Assembly: GCA_964455675.1 (NCBI GenBank)
Contig: CAYVYK010000011.1
Span: 1 to 64,000 of the forward strand
DNA: 64,000 nucleotides
Direction of reading: 5' to 3'
Source: an uncultured Methanosarcinales archaeon
GTDB taxonomy: Archaea > Nanobdellota > Nanobdellia > Woesearchaeales > CAYVYK01
Within the stretch, counting starts at the first letter, position 1, and the number at the start of each line of letters is the position of its first letter. Both the position numbers and the translations under genes were made by a program. Positions 42,704 to 52,256 of the stretch are shown here, in pieces. The notes under the pieces are model-generated. The model saw only the letters and a list, made by a program, of their open reading frames with translations. It did no database searches and was not told the origin of the DNA.

Positions 42704-43422
42704 ATGGAAAAGGCCAAATAACTCTCTATATTCTCATGATACTGATAGCGGCAACCATTATCGCATTTCTCGCATGGCTCCACACAAGCCCTATGCCAGA
42801 ACCGCCTGCCCAAATCTCAAGCGACATCATCGCGATGGAGGAAAACCTTAAGTCATGTATCGAGACGCAAAGCGTGACAGCGCTGAACGCATTCGGAGAC
42901 GCAGGAGGCTACTATGACATTCCACCTCACAGGATTGATACTCCGGTTGCCATCATACCCCTCTATGTGGAAGGAAACGAAAGCTACCCACGCGGCGAAG
43001 AAGAACTCACGGACGACCTTGCCAAGTATGTCAACGAAAGCCTGGCACCGTGCACGATCAGCTGGCACTTCATCCAGAACGAAAAACCGCGTATCACAAC
43101 AGAATTTACAGAAGGAAAAGTGATCGTACTCGTGGAACCATACAGCGAGGTGTATCGAGAAACTGGAACAACCATGATATCTCACGAGCTCTCCGAGATT
43201 ACGACAACACTCCCTATCGATATGGAAGAGATCATCCATGCGGTGGACGAGATCATGGTTGCACATCGGGGAGAGACAATGCTTTGCGCAAGCTGCCTTG
43301 TAGACATCGGAACAAAGCACGGACTAACAATCAGCGTCCTTGAAAACGTCGGATATCATATCATCTCGCTTGAGCGGGACAATTACACCTACACTATTGG
43401 GATGAGGCTTGCCCATGAATAG
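42700..43422 (+). CDS. class III signal peptide (pilin-like) protein
   Basis: N-terminal KG/QITLYILMILI followed by a hydrophobic stretch. Confidence 0.65.
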   Translation: MNGKGQITLYILMILIAATIIAFLAWLHTSPMPEPPAQISSDIIAMEENLKSCIETQSVTALNAFGDAGGYYDIPPHRIDTPVAIIPLYVEGNESYPRGEEELTDDLAKYVNESLAPCTISWHFIQNEKPRITTEFTEGKVIVLVEPYSEVYRETGTTMISHELSEITTTLPIDMEEIIHAVDEIMVAHRGETMLCASCLVDIGTKHGLTISVLENVGYHIISLERDNYTYTIGMRLAHE

Positions 43423-45103
43423 CGTTCGTACGAACATAATCTTTTTCGTACTAGGCATGGTACTCCTTAGCACAACACTTGCTGTTGAAGATACGGCAAC
43501 AGCCCTCAATTCCGGGCAGGTCAGCATGGACCAATACCTCTCCGAGGGCCACAGCAACACAGAGGTAGAATCTGTATTCCCACAGCTCGATAAGACCAAG
43601 CAATCAGAACTCCTCAGTAAACAGCACCATGTAGCGGTCAAACTTGATGGAGACGTCACCTACAAAGACGGAAAAATCAGTACGAACAAAGTAAAGGATT
43701 TTGAACTCGCACGCGAGGGCTTTACGGGCACAATCACCGTGCAGGCAGACGGAAGCATCGTCATACAAAACAGCGGGGATCTCGCACTTGGAGACGCCAA
43801 AGTTGCCGGAAACGGATACAATGTACATCTCGATGAGAAAGGTTGGAGCGCACGCGGATCAAACATCCTTGTGGAAGAAGGGAGCACAAGCACAAAACTC
43901 ATAGATGGAGAGATCCGACACCAATCAGGGGGATATTTCATCACCGCTGGAAGCTCTGCCGAGATCGGCGATACTCTCCGCGTCTACGGCAATGACAAGG
44001 GAGTTATGGTCTACCGCGACAGCGGAAAACACTATGACGAAAACTACGTACAGACATCAGATACAAACATGCGCATCAAGGGAGGAGGGTACAGCGTCGA
44101 GCTAATTAAGGATATCACATCCAAGATTGAAGTTGAGGGAACTGGAGTCAAAATCATGAGCGGAAGCCTCCGCATGGCGTTTGACGACCAGATCCGTGTG
44201 ATGCCACCTTACGAAGGAGGAAAGAGGGCAAGCTTCGTCAATACAAGATCGGGGCACACACTCGATATCACAGACACCGGAACTGCGGTGAGCAATAGCG
44301 CGACACGCGTCCCGATCCAAGACTATCTCGCCGCACAAAAAAAATGGACTGCAGATGACAGCGGAGAACTCATCACCAATAACCTCAACGATCCGCTTAT
44401 CCTCATTCAGAGCGAGGAGACAGAAGATGATCGGCGAATGGTATACACGCTTGAGACCGTTCTTCATGGTACCCTCACGGAGAAACTTGTCGATGGAGCA
44501 CGGGCACTAGGAGACTACAACGTCCTCAAGAATGGAGAACTCCACCGCGTGAAAAGCCAATACCAGGACAAAGGAACAACCGTCTACGTCACCGACGAAG
44601 GCAAAAAGATTACTAATCCGGAAAAAGTATACGAACCACTCCCGAAGCAAGCAGCCCAAGAATATGAACAGCTCATCAACGATTACTCACGATTCTCATA
44701 TGTTGCGCAACCAAGCGCGACAGGAACACCCCAAGCGACCGTATTCAATGACCGAGACCTACGAGCATACTGGGGCCTGTTTGGACCGGTCGAGGAGAAA
44801 GCAGCCCAGCAGAAGTGGCAGCAAGTTGCACCAAAATATGGGAAAACACCATTCGAAGACGGACTCCTTTCCGACACATATTACATGGAGAGCCTACCAA
44901 AGGTTGGAACAATCGTCCTTAGCATACCAAAGCAAGGAGACCAGGGATGGGTTGGGATCTATGCACGGAAAGACCAAGCATACAACTCGCCAGTACAAGC
45001 CCAGGTTGCAAGCATACAACTTCCAAAAACCGCACTCGAACAGATCGAAGCACGCGTCACGACATGGGTTCAAACAAAGAATCCTAAAAAGAAACTTCCC
45101 TGA
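43415..45103 (+). CDS. secreted beta-rich hypothetical protein
   Basis: Signal peptide followed by Gly/Asp/Thr-rich beta-strand-like sequence. Confidence 0.7.
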   Translation: MNSVRTNIIFFVLGMVLLSTTLAVEDTATALNSGQVSMDQYLSEGHSNTEVESVFPQLDKTKQSELLSKQHHVAVKLDGDVTYKDGKISTNKVKDFELAREGFTGTITVQADGSIVIQNSGDLALGDAKVAGNGYNVHLDEKGWSARGSNILVEEGSTSTKLIDGEIRHQSGGYFITAGSSAEIGDTLRVYGNDKGVMVYRDSGKHYDENYVQTSDTNMRIKGGGYSVELIKDITSKIEVEGTGVKIMSGSLRMAFDDQIRVMPPYEGGKRASFVNTRSGHTLDITDTGTAVSNSATRVPIQDYLAAQKKWTADDSGELITNNLNDPLILIQSEETEDDRRMVYTLETVLHGTLTEKLVDGARALGDYNVLKNGELHRVKSQYQDKGTTVYVTDEGKKITNPEKVYEPLPKQAAQEYEQLINDYSRFSYVAQPSATGTPQATVFNDRDLRAYWGLFGPVEEKAAQQKWQQVAPKYGKTPFEDGLLSDTYYMESLPKVGTIVLSIPKQGDQGWVGIYARKDQAYNSPVQAQVASIQLPKTALEQIEARVTTWVQTKNPKKKLP

Positions 45104-45108
45104 TCAGA

Positions 45109-45750
45109 TTACTTTTTCTTTGGCAAGTCCTTGGACTCCTTCAAAGTCTGGGTGACCTTGGAAAGCTCGTTCACATTATCAGTGAGCGTCGGAAGAACTT
45201 TCTGGAACACGCGCTCCATCGCCTTGATCTCAACACCAACATTCAGAATATTCTGGTCATACTCCCCGATCTTGCCGATCATAGCCTTATGAAGATTATC
45301 AAAATTATGTTGCAAATCCTTGAACTGCTGATCAAGCTGGGTCATACGCGCCTCGGTGCGATCCTTCCACTCAATGATCTTGTTCAAGTTCTTCATGAAC
45401 TCCTCCCATTTCTCATCGATGATGGATTCCGCAATCTCCTCTATATGCTCACGATCAGCCTCGGGAGCAGGAGCCATTTGAGGCATCATCATAGGAGCAG
45501 GCTGATTGAACTCAGGAATGGAGGGGATGCCTTCATCCGGTTGCATAGGAGACTGGCTTGATGACTGAAGATCCGCTTGGTTCATCGCATCAAAGATTTG
45601 GTTTGCGGAATATCCATCACGCTGCAAGGCTTGAACGATCTGATTATCAGAAAAATTCTGCGAACGCATCTGCATAACCAAGGATGTTGGGACGTCAGAC
45701 GCTGGCATTGGAGCTGCGGGTTCCTCGTTCTTCTTACCAAAGAGCGCCAT
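45109..45750 (-). CDS. coiled-coil hypothetical protein
   Basis: Small helical N-domain, Pro-rich linker, heptad-rich C-terminus; GAGGTGA RBS. Confidence 0.75.
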   Translation of the reverse strand: MALFGKKNEEPAAPMPASDVPTSLVMQMRSQNFSDNQIVQALQRDGYSANQIFDAMNQADLQSSSQSPMQPDEGIPSIPEFNQPAPMMMPQMAPAPEADREHIEEIAESIIDEKWEEFMKNLNKIIEWKDRTEARMTQLDQQFKDLQHNFDNLHKAMIGKIGEYDQNILNVGVEIKAMERVFQKVLPTLTDNVNELSKVTQTLKESKDLPKKK

Positions 45751-45824
45751 GGCTCACCTCTCTATTGAAAAACTGACTCTTTCTACATATAAATCTATCT
45801 GTCACCATTGTACCTGTTTGTATG

Positions 45825-46295
45825 CTAAAGGTTCTGCGGAAAATCAACTTTTGGAGGAGACTCATCCTTGCCCTTGAGCGCATCATTCAATTGCTTCTGC
45901 GTCACAAAGTTCAAAGGCTCCCAATAGTTCAAATATTTCTGGATCACCTGCACCTCTTCCTTCTTCGCGCACGTGCGAAGCTCCTTGACCATGAGCAACA
46001 TCTTGTTCTCGATTTCATGCAAAATATTCTTGATCTCCTCAATCTCGGAACTCACCATCTTGATCTCGCCGGAAAGCTTCTTGTGGTTTGTGATCATGTT
46101 CTGTTCAATCACGGTAACTTTCCGACGGAAATTAGTATAACGCTCCTCAACAATGCGAAGTCTGCGACTGACATTTGTTACTTCGCTCACTACCTCAGAC
46201 ATGTCAAACGCCTGGGCCTTGGGTTTAGCAGAAAAAATACCACCCATATCAAAACTCTTCTTCTCGCCAGGTGGCGGTGGAGGTTCATCAGCCAT
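45825..46295 (-). CDS. coiled-coil hypothetical protein
   Basis: Heptad pattern; KYLNYWEP...FVT tail; AGGAG RBS. Confidence 0.75.
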   Translation of the reverse strand: MADEPPPPPGEKKSFDMGGIFSAKPKAQAFDMSEVVSEVTNVSRRLRIVEERYTNFRRKVTVIEQNMITNHKKLSGEIKMVSSEIEEIKNILHEIENKMLLMVKELRTCAKKEEVQVIQKYLNYWEPLNFVTQKQLNDALKGKDESPPKVDFPQNL

Positions 46296-46375
46296 AGCAG
46301 AACTCCTGGTGAAAGGGGTTTATATGTTTATTGAAAAGAAAGGAAGAAAAGATGAAGAAAAAATGAAAGCAGTTA

Positions 46376-47623
46376 TCACATTGTTGCTGCAGTCATCAAG
46401 CGGATCTTGGTCTCCTGAGGACGGACCCGGCACTGCATGCCGACGAGGTGCATGACCTTTGCTCCTTCAGCAATCTGCACGAGATCCTTCTCGATCACGC
46501 CATCAAACACAACAGCATACACGCCGGAGTTGAGCGACTTAATCGTGGACCCAAGCTCGGTTACAGGAACCTTACCAAGCACGTTCAGATTGTTATCCAG
46601 GATGAACGCACCCTTCGTGCCAATGAGCTTTTCCAGCATCTCCTTGAACGACTTTCGCTCGTTCATTGAAACGGAAGGCATCTGAGCAGGAAGAGGCTTC
46701 TTCATCGGAAAACGAGGGGGCTGCTGTGACGGCGCTTGCGAAAATCTCTGCGGCCGCGACATCGCCTCACCATTCAAAGCCTCCGATTCCTTATTCAGCT
46801 CGTACTTCGCTTGCTCTGCAGGAATCCTGCTGCGCAAGGACTTGTGGATCTCCTTCTTTGCGAGTTCCTCGACCTCTTTACCGTCGGGAGCACGCGCCAC
46901 AAAGTCTATTTCGGCAACAGCTATCAATTCCTTCAAGATGAGATTGCCACCTCGGTCGCCATCGACAAAGGCGGTGATCTGCTTCTTCCTCGATAATTCA
47001 ATGATCGTTTCAGGAACAGATGTCCCGTTGATCGCAATAGCGTTCTTGAATCCGTGATGGAGCAGGTTGACGACGTCAGCACGACCCTCGACAACAATGA
47101 CTTCCTCTGATTCATCAATAGCGGGGCCAGCAGCAAGACGATCCTTGCCATACTCACGAATCTCATTCACACGAACAGAAGCTGCAACTTCCTCAGCAAG
47201 CTCCTGTGAATCTGGCATCACTTCGTCAATCATTCCCCTCAGAAGAGACTTTGCACGCTCAACGACGAACTGGCGCTTCGAAATGCGAACGTCCTCAATA
47301 TTGTCGACGTGAATCTTTGCATTGCAGGGGCCAATACGCTGAATGACTTCTAAAGCAGCGCCTATGATTGCGGTTTCTGCTTTGTCAAGAGAAGAGGGAA
47401 TGATAATCTTCCCGGCAGTCTTTCCTCCCTTCGTCTCGGTGTTAACCTCGATTCTACCAATGCGACCCGAGCGCTGTAGCTCGCGCAGTTCCAGATCGGA
47501 ACCTAGCAACCCCTCGGTCTGGCCGAAGATAGCACCGATGACATCGGGCCGATCGACAACGCCCTCAATCTCAATGTTTGCGTGAACAATGTACTTACTG
47601 GTGACTGGACTAATTTTTCCCAT
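46376..47623 (-). CDS. dnaG: archaeal DnaG (primase-like, exosome-associated)
   Basis: GVVDRPDVIGAIFGQTEGLLG, VVEGRADV, DGDRGG (TOPRIM); start reassigned to MGKISP. Confidence 0.95.
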   Translation of the reverse strand: MGKISPVTSKYIVHANIEIEGVVDRPDVIGAIFGQTEGLLGSDLELRELQRSGRIGRIEVNTETKGGKTAGKIIIPSSLDKAETAIIGAALEVIQRIGPCNAKIHVDNIEDVRISKRQFVVERAKSLLRGMIDEVMPDSQELAEEVAASVRVNEIREYGKDRLAAGPAIDESEEVIVVEGRADVVNLLHHGFKNAIAINGTSVPETIIELSRKKQITAFVDGDRGGNLILKELIAVAEIDFVARAPDGKEVEELAKKEIHKSLRSRIPAEQAKYELNKESEALNGEAMSRPQRFSQAPSQQPPRFPMKKPLPAQMPSVSMNERKSFKEMLEKLIGTKGAFILDNNLNVLGKVPVTELGSTIKSLNSGVYAVVFDGVIEKDLVQIAEGAKVMHLVGMQCRVRPQETKIRLMTAATM

Positions 47624-48359
47624 AGGGATCTCCTCCACGCAAGCCCAAAGAACGAACTGATCAGTATTACGGATCGCGGGGCCAAACGAGTTTGAAACAA
47701 GGCCGTTTTGATCGTTACGCGTTGCAGTGAGCTTGATTTGTGGCTTTACAGACAGAACAAGTGTTTTTTCACTCAAACAACTCATTTATGGGACTTTTAT
47801 TGGATAACAACCATGAATGATGATATTGACGTGAATGAACATTGAACACCGGTCCTTCCGAAGCCTGTATGATTATGAAAGGTAATGGTGCCCGTTCCAC
47901 TAACGGTAAGGCTCACGGCACGAAATGCTCGTACGCTCCCCTTCCCAACTCTCGTGACGGGCTGATCCGCGCAAGAGTGTCTCAAAATCACCGCCAAAAC
48001 GTCGTTTCAGCTCAATTAAGGACCCATTTGCACAGTGCGTAATACGATATTTGGGGGTCAAGATCAGCATATAAACATTTGGGTGACCGAGGGGAAATCT
48101 AAAAAAATCCCAATGGCGTACCCACCGACGAAATCAGACCGTTTCAGCGCAGATATGAAGTCTGTGCCATTGTAGCTTGATGGCAGGACCTGTTCACAAA
48201 AGATCCTTCAAAATCCAGGATTATCATAACGAGTCTTCGGCACACCCTTTTACTTCATTTGGGTTCGCGCGAACCACCACTCCGCAAAACACTAAGCATA
48301 CATGGTACGCTTGTGCCCAAGCGAATTATGTTCACTTTGGACGCTGGCGAAAACAAAAA

Positions 48360-48413
48360 CGGCCTGACGGCACGCCCTGTCCGCTCTGTACAACGATCGA
48401 TGGACAGGGCAAC
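48360..48413. repeat. dispersed palindromic element, copy C
   Basis: cggcctgacggcac-gccctgtcc-19nt-ggacagggc-aac. Confidence 0.8.
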
Positions 48414-48551
48414 TTCCATTGTAAAAATCGGGAAAAATTGCCATGCAATGATTTTTTTGTCTCAGTCATTTCCTTTCGGGGACGATAGTAGACTTAAGGC
48501 ATGCTCCATTTAGGGTTTATATATGACAAAGAGGTGACAGGAGGTAAAAAT

Positions 48552-48839
48552 ATGCCAGATGAAGCAATGGAAGAGTTCTTCCCGAAAGGACAACGACCAG
48601 ATGGTAAATTCAGCATTGACGAAGCAGTGCGAGAAGCAGAAGCGGTAGGACAGCTAGCGGTACATAACCCACTTGCAGCGCTGTACGTAGTCGAAAAGCT
48701 CCCTGGAAGCCCCGAGACTAAAAGGCCACTGTACGCATTGGTACAGTACGGAATGCAGATGAGACACACCAGACCAGATGTTGTCGATCAAGTCATCGGG
48801 TACTGCGGTGATCGCTGCGGATACGGGAAAGCTGCTTAG
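48552..48839 (+). CDS. small hypothetical protein
   Basis: GGAGGT RBS and TTTATATA box upstream. Confidence 0.6.
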   Translation: MPDEAMEEFFPKGQRPDGKFSIDEAVREAEAVGQLAVHNPLAALYVVEKLPGSPETKRPLYALVQYGMQMRHTRPDVVDQVIGYCGDRCGYGKAA

Positions 48840-48876
48840 CGACAGAATATCGGCCGGCTCATGCAGCCGGCCCATT

Positions 48877-49500
48877 CTATACCCCAAGCAATCCTTTCGC
48901 CAATCCTTCCAATACCCAGAAGCCGTCAAACGGAGGTATTGGCAACATATTGAATATGAACAAGAATCCATTAATGCGACCTGCGATAGCGAGCGGGAGA
49001 TTATACTTTCTCGGGAACCACTGATATTTCAACCCTAGACGAGCGACAATCCATAACAGCCCATTGATTGCAGGACCAGAAAACGCGATGATTGCTGAGG
49101 GAAGGGGACCTGTCGACGTATGCTGAACAAAACCAGGAACAAAAAGCAGAACTGGAAAATTAAAAAAACTCAGGATGACCGCACCGATCAGCAAGATACA
49201 AGAGAAATTGAACAAAGGAACATTTCCCAGAATAGCCTGAGACGAACACCCCGCGAAAAATATCGCGTGAGCCCCAAACGCTATAGCAACAAACTTATGT
49301 CCAAGTTCGTGCAGAACAATACCCGGAGCCACAACGGCAGCGGCAAACCAGAACGCCTTCCAGCGATCACTCTTCTTCTTCAAGTAATAATCCACTGGAT
49401 CAACAGAACGGGCTGGGCGGAAAATTCGCATGAAAATGTATCCAAGCGCAGCAGTCATGATGAGGATATCAACGATCTCAAAAAGATTGATGAATGCCAT
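48877..49500 (-). CDS. site-2 protease / M50 membrane metalloprotease
   Basis: HELGH, SGP, FNMLPIPPFDG. Confidence 0.9.
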   Translation of the reverse strand: MAFINLFEIVDILIMTAALGYIFMRIFRPARSVDPVDYYLKKKSDRWKAFWFAAAVVAPGIVLHELGHKFVAIAFGAHAIFFAGCSSQAILGNVPLFNFSCILLIGAVILSFFNFPVLLFVPGFVQHTSTGPLPSAIIAFSGPAINGLLWIVARLGLKYQWFPRKYNLPLAIAGRINGFLFIFNMLPIPPFDGFWVLEGLAKGLLGV

Positions 49501-49609
49501 ATATAGGAAAAAACATGGAGGGTTTTTATTATTTTGGTTTACGATAGAGCGAGAAGCAGGACGCTTCACAAGCAAAACTCTTATAAATCACACACACTTG
49601 AAATGAGGC

Positions 49610-50593
49610 ATGAGCACTCCCATCCAGCATTACATCAAAAAACTCAAAGATTCTGGATACAGCGACCAAGTAATCCTTGATGAGTTCAAGAATAAGGGGT
49701 ATGAAGAACACATCATCAAAGAGGAACTCAAGAATTACCATCACACGCTGAAAGAAAAGGAACCACCAACCACAGCAGAAAGGTATATTGCCATGGTCGG
49801 AGCAGGATGCGTCGTGCTTTTCATGATCTGGGTGATGAGCAGAACACAATCATCACCGTTTTGGATTCTTGTCGGATTCCTCCCAAGCCTCTGCGTCGTT
49901 GTGCTTACCCTTGTGCTGATCGAGCAGATGCCACGAAAACACAAAGCGTACCTGTGGGTGCTGCCACTCCTGACATCAGCAATCTACTACACGCTTGGAA
50001 TGTCCACGCTCGAATTGGATGACCGGATGGACCTTGGCGGAGTTACCATGCTCAACTTCATCGTGGGCATGCTCTACATATTTCTCATCAATTTCCTCAT
50101 GCACCGACCTTTCGAACTGCCAGCAGCAAAGCCTACAATCAGGCGAGCAGAACCACAAAAAAAACAAAAAATTGAGGAGAGCATCCAGGCCCTCGAAGAC
50201 AAACTTAAAGCCATCAACTTTGCAATCGGAAGAGTGTACCGGCGGACAAACGGAGGGACGCTTGAGATCAGGAACAAGATCAAAATACCTGCAGAAGTCT
50301 ACAACTTCTTCAGCCAGATAACAGCTGAGCACGCGCAAGCGCATCCAGCACAAGTAAAACAAATCCTTCTGGACCTGCAGCAAAAACTCAAGGCGCTCGA
50401 AAAAACCGAAAAAGAACTTTTCGGAGAAGGCATCTCAACACTCAAGAACCTCAAGAGACATTGGGATGGGAGCAACCGAGTCCTTGACGTCCTCGCATGG
50501 AATGACGACGATCCAGTCAACAGCTACTACACAAGCGCAGAACAATTCTGCAAGGAAGCAATTGAGGAACTTGACAAGATCGCCAAGAAGTAA
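49610..50593 (+). CDS. membrane protein with helical N- and C-terminal domains
   Basis: 4 TM segments; TTATAAA about 25 nt upstream. Confidence 0.75.
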   Translation: MSTPIQHYIKKLKDSGYSDQVILDEFKNKGYEEHIIKEELKNYHHTLKEKEPPTTAERYIAMVGAGCVVLFMIWVMSRTQSSPFWILVGFLPSLCVVVLTLVLIEQMPRKHKAYLWVLPLLTSAIYYTLGMSTLELDDRMDLGGVTMLNFIVGMLYIFLINFLMHRPFELPAAKPTIRRAEPQKKQKIEESIQALEDKLKAINFAIGRVYRRTNGGTLEIRNKIKIPAEVYNFFSQITAEHAQAHPAQVKQILLDLQQKLKALEKTEKELFGEGISTLKNLKRHWDGSNRVLDVLAWNDDDPVNSYYTSAEQFCKEAIEELDKIAKK

Positions 50594-50647
50594 TACTTGT
50601 TCTTTTTTATACAAAACCATATAAAATAAAGATGACTCTATACTGAC

Positions 50648-51004
50648 ATGACAGTCTTCGTCGCAACTCTTGGGAGTGATACCGGAACACGCAAGCACGT
50701 CCAGCGTATCATCGAAGAAGGAGAATGGGACAAGAGCGTTCTCATCACGACAAAGGATGCCCAGACAGGATTCACCTGTGCCAAAGACATAACGTGGGTC
50801 ATCGTGGATACAGAACTCTTTCTAACACCACTTAAGGAACACATAAAGAAGGCCATAACAGGGAGCATTGGATTTGGAGATGTAGCAGTAAATTTTGTAT
50901 CGGGCGGCGGAAAAATCCATATGGCTACACTTGGTGCACTTCTGGAACTCGGAGCAGGCATACGACTTATCGCGCTCACGCCGGAAGGCGTACGAGAGAT
51001 CTAA
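50648..51004 (+). CDS. stand-alone CARF-like Rossmann protein
   Basis: VFVATLG first strand, VLITT, VNFVSGGGKIHMA. Confidence 0.55.
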   Translation: MTVFVATLGSDTGTRKHVQRIIEEGEWDKSVLITTKDAQTGFTCAKDITWVIVDTELFLTPLKEHIKKAITGSIGFGDVAVNFVSGGGKIHMATLGALLELGAGIRLIALTPEGVREI

Positions 51005-51072
51005 AAAAAAAGAAAAAAATCCCCGGGGCGACGGGGAGAGGTGCGAGGATTACAGAACAGTAGCAGACATCA

Positions 51073-51227
51073 TTACAGCACGTCTTTAATGCCACCAAGC
51101 TCAACCCAAACTTTTCCTACGCTTGGGTACCTCCCTACGGTCGGTACCACCGCTCCGAAAAGTTTGATCAAAAAAAAAGCGCCTAACGGCGCATCATAAC
51201 ACATCCTTAATGCCACCAAGCTCAACC
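51073..51227 (-). repeat. duplicated radA 3' end flanking an inverted-repeat element
   Basis: 21 bp identical at 51086-51106 and 51207-51227; both copies encode VELGGIKDVL-stop; caaacttttc/gaaaagtttg inverted repeat at 51107-51166. Confidence 0.85.
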
Positions 51228-52240
51228 TGGAAGGGCGCTTCACCTTCTGCAAGATTAGGGCTGTCGACAAGTTTGGCAACACGAGAACCCTTCTTGCCTT
51301 TCCGCAGGTAGATACGGAATGTCGATGCATGGCCAACGATGTGACCACCAATCGGCGCGGTTGGATCACCAAAGAACTGGTCGGGTTTGGACATGACCTG
51401 ATTCGTCACATACACACAAAGATTATGCATGTCCGCGACCTTCAGCAGCACGTGCATGTGACGATTGAGCTTTTGCTGGCGATCAGCAAGAGTCCCGCGG
51501 CCAATATACTCCGCACGGAAGTGCGCAGAGAGCGAATCAACGACGACAAGCTTCACGTTCAGATGTTCCTTAGATATAAGGTCATCAATCCGTTCAGCAA
51601 GCAGCATCTGATGATCTGAATTATATGCTCGTGCAACCTTGATGTTTGCAAGTATCTTCGTTGGATCAAGGCCTGCGCCTTCCGCAAATTGCTTAATACG
51701 CTCAGGACGGAAGGTATTTTCCGTATCGATGTACACTGCGATAGCGGTTGGATCATCAATCTGAGTACGCACGCACAAAAGATGACCTATCTGCGTCTTT
51801 CCTGAACCATACTCACCAAAGCATTCAGTGATGGCACCAGTCTCAAAACCACCACCAAGCAGATCATCGAACGCTTTCGCTCCGGTCGTTATCTTGAACA
51901 CACGCTCACGGCGCGCGAGCAGATCCATCCCGGATTCAAAACCCATATCAAGATTAGCGCGCGCAGCGGCAATGATGCGCTTTGCAACCGCATCACCCAT
52001 ACCGGCTGCATCAATCAGTTCGCCTGGCGTTGCGACAGCGATGGACATCAGAGTGTTGAAGCCAACCTCACGCAACTTTGCAGCAGTTGCCGCACCAACA
52101 CCCGGAAGCTCTTCGATTGATAATTCCCGCCGGTCAATAGGCTTTTCAGATTTTTCTGGCGCTGCCATCTCCACCACAACCTGCTGTTCCTCTTCCATCA
52201 TGAGTTCCTGCTCCTGCATATATTTATTTGGTTTCTTCAT
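51194..52240 (-). CDS. radA: DNA repair and recombination protein RadA
   Basis: N-terminal HhH (LPGVG), GFESG, GEYGSGKT, YIDTENTFRPER, VVVDS, RQQKL. Confidence 0.97.
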   Translation of the reverse strand: MKKPNKYMQEQELMMEEEQQVVVEMAAPEKSEKPIDRRELSIEELPGVGAATAAKLREVGFNTLMSIAVATPGELIDAAGMGDAVAKRIIAAARANLDMGFESGMDLLARRERVFKITTGAKAFDDLLGGGFETGAITECFGEYGSGKTQIGHLLCVRTQIDDPTAIAVYIDTENTFRPERIKQFAEGAGLDPTKILANIKVARAYNSDHQMLLAERIDDLISKEHLNVKLVVVDSLSAHFRAEYIGRGTLADRQQKLNRHMHVLLKVADMHNLCVYVTNQVMSKPDQFFGDPTAPIGGHIVGHASTFRIYLRKGKKGSRVAKLVDSPNLAEGEAPFQVELGGIKDVL

Positions 52241-52256
52241 CGTTTCACCTGGGTTA

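Noticed and set aside
47841..47870. SRP RNA helix-8-like CAGGCTTCGGAAGG on the minus strand
   Set aside because: Lacks the following AGCA and the flanking helices; cannot be supported by eye
51073..51227. DGR template/variable repeat pair
   Set aside because: Differences are synonymous and not adenine-specific, the repeat is very short, and no reverse transcriptase is present
51073..51372. 99-aa ORF ending in VELGGIKDVL
   Set aside because: It overlaps radA out of frame and reads through a hairpin and poly-T; it is a by-product of the duplicated terminus
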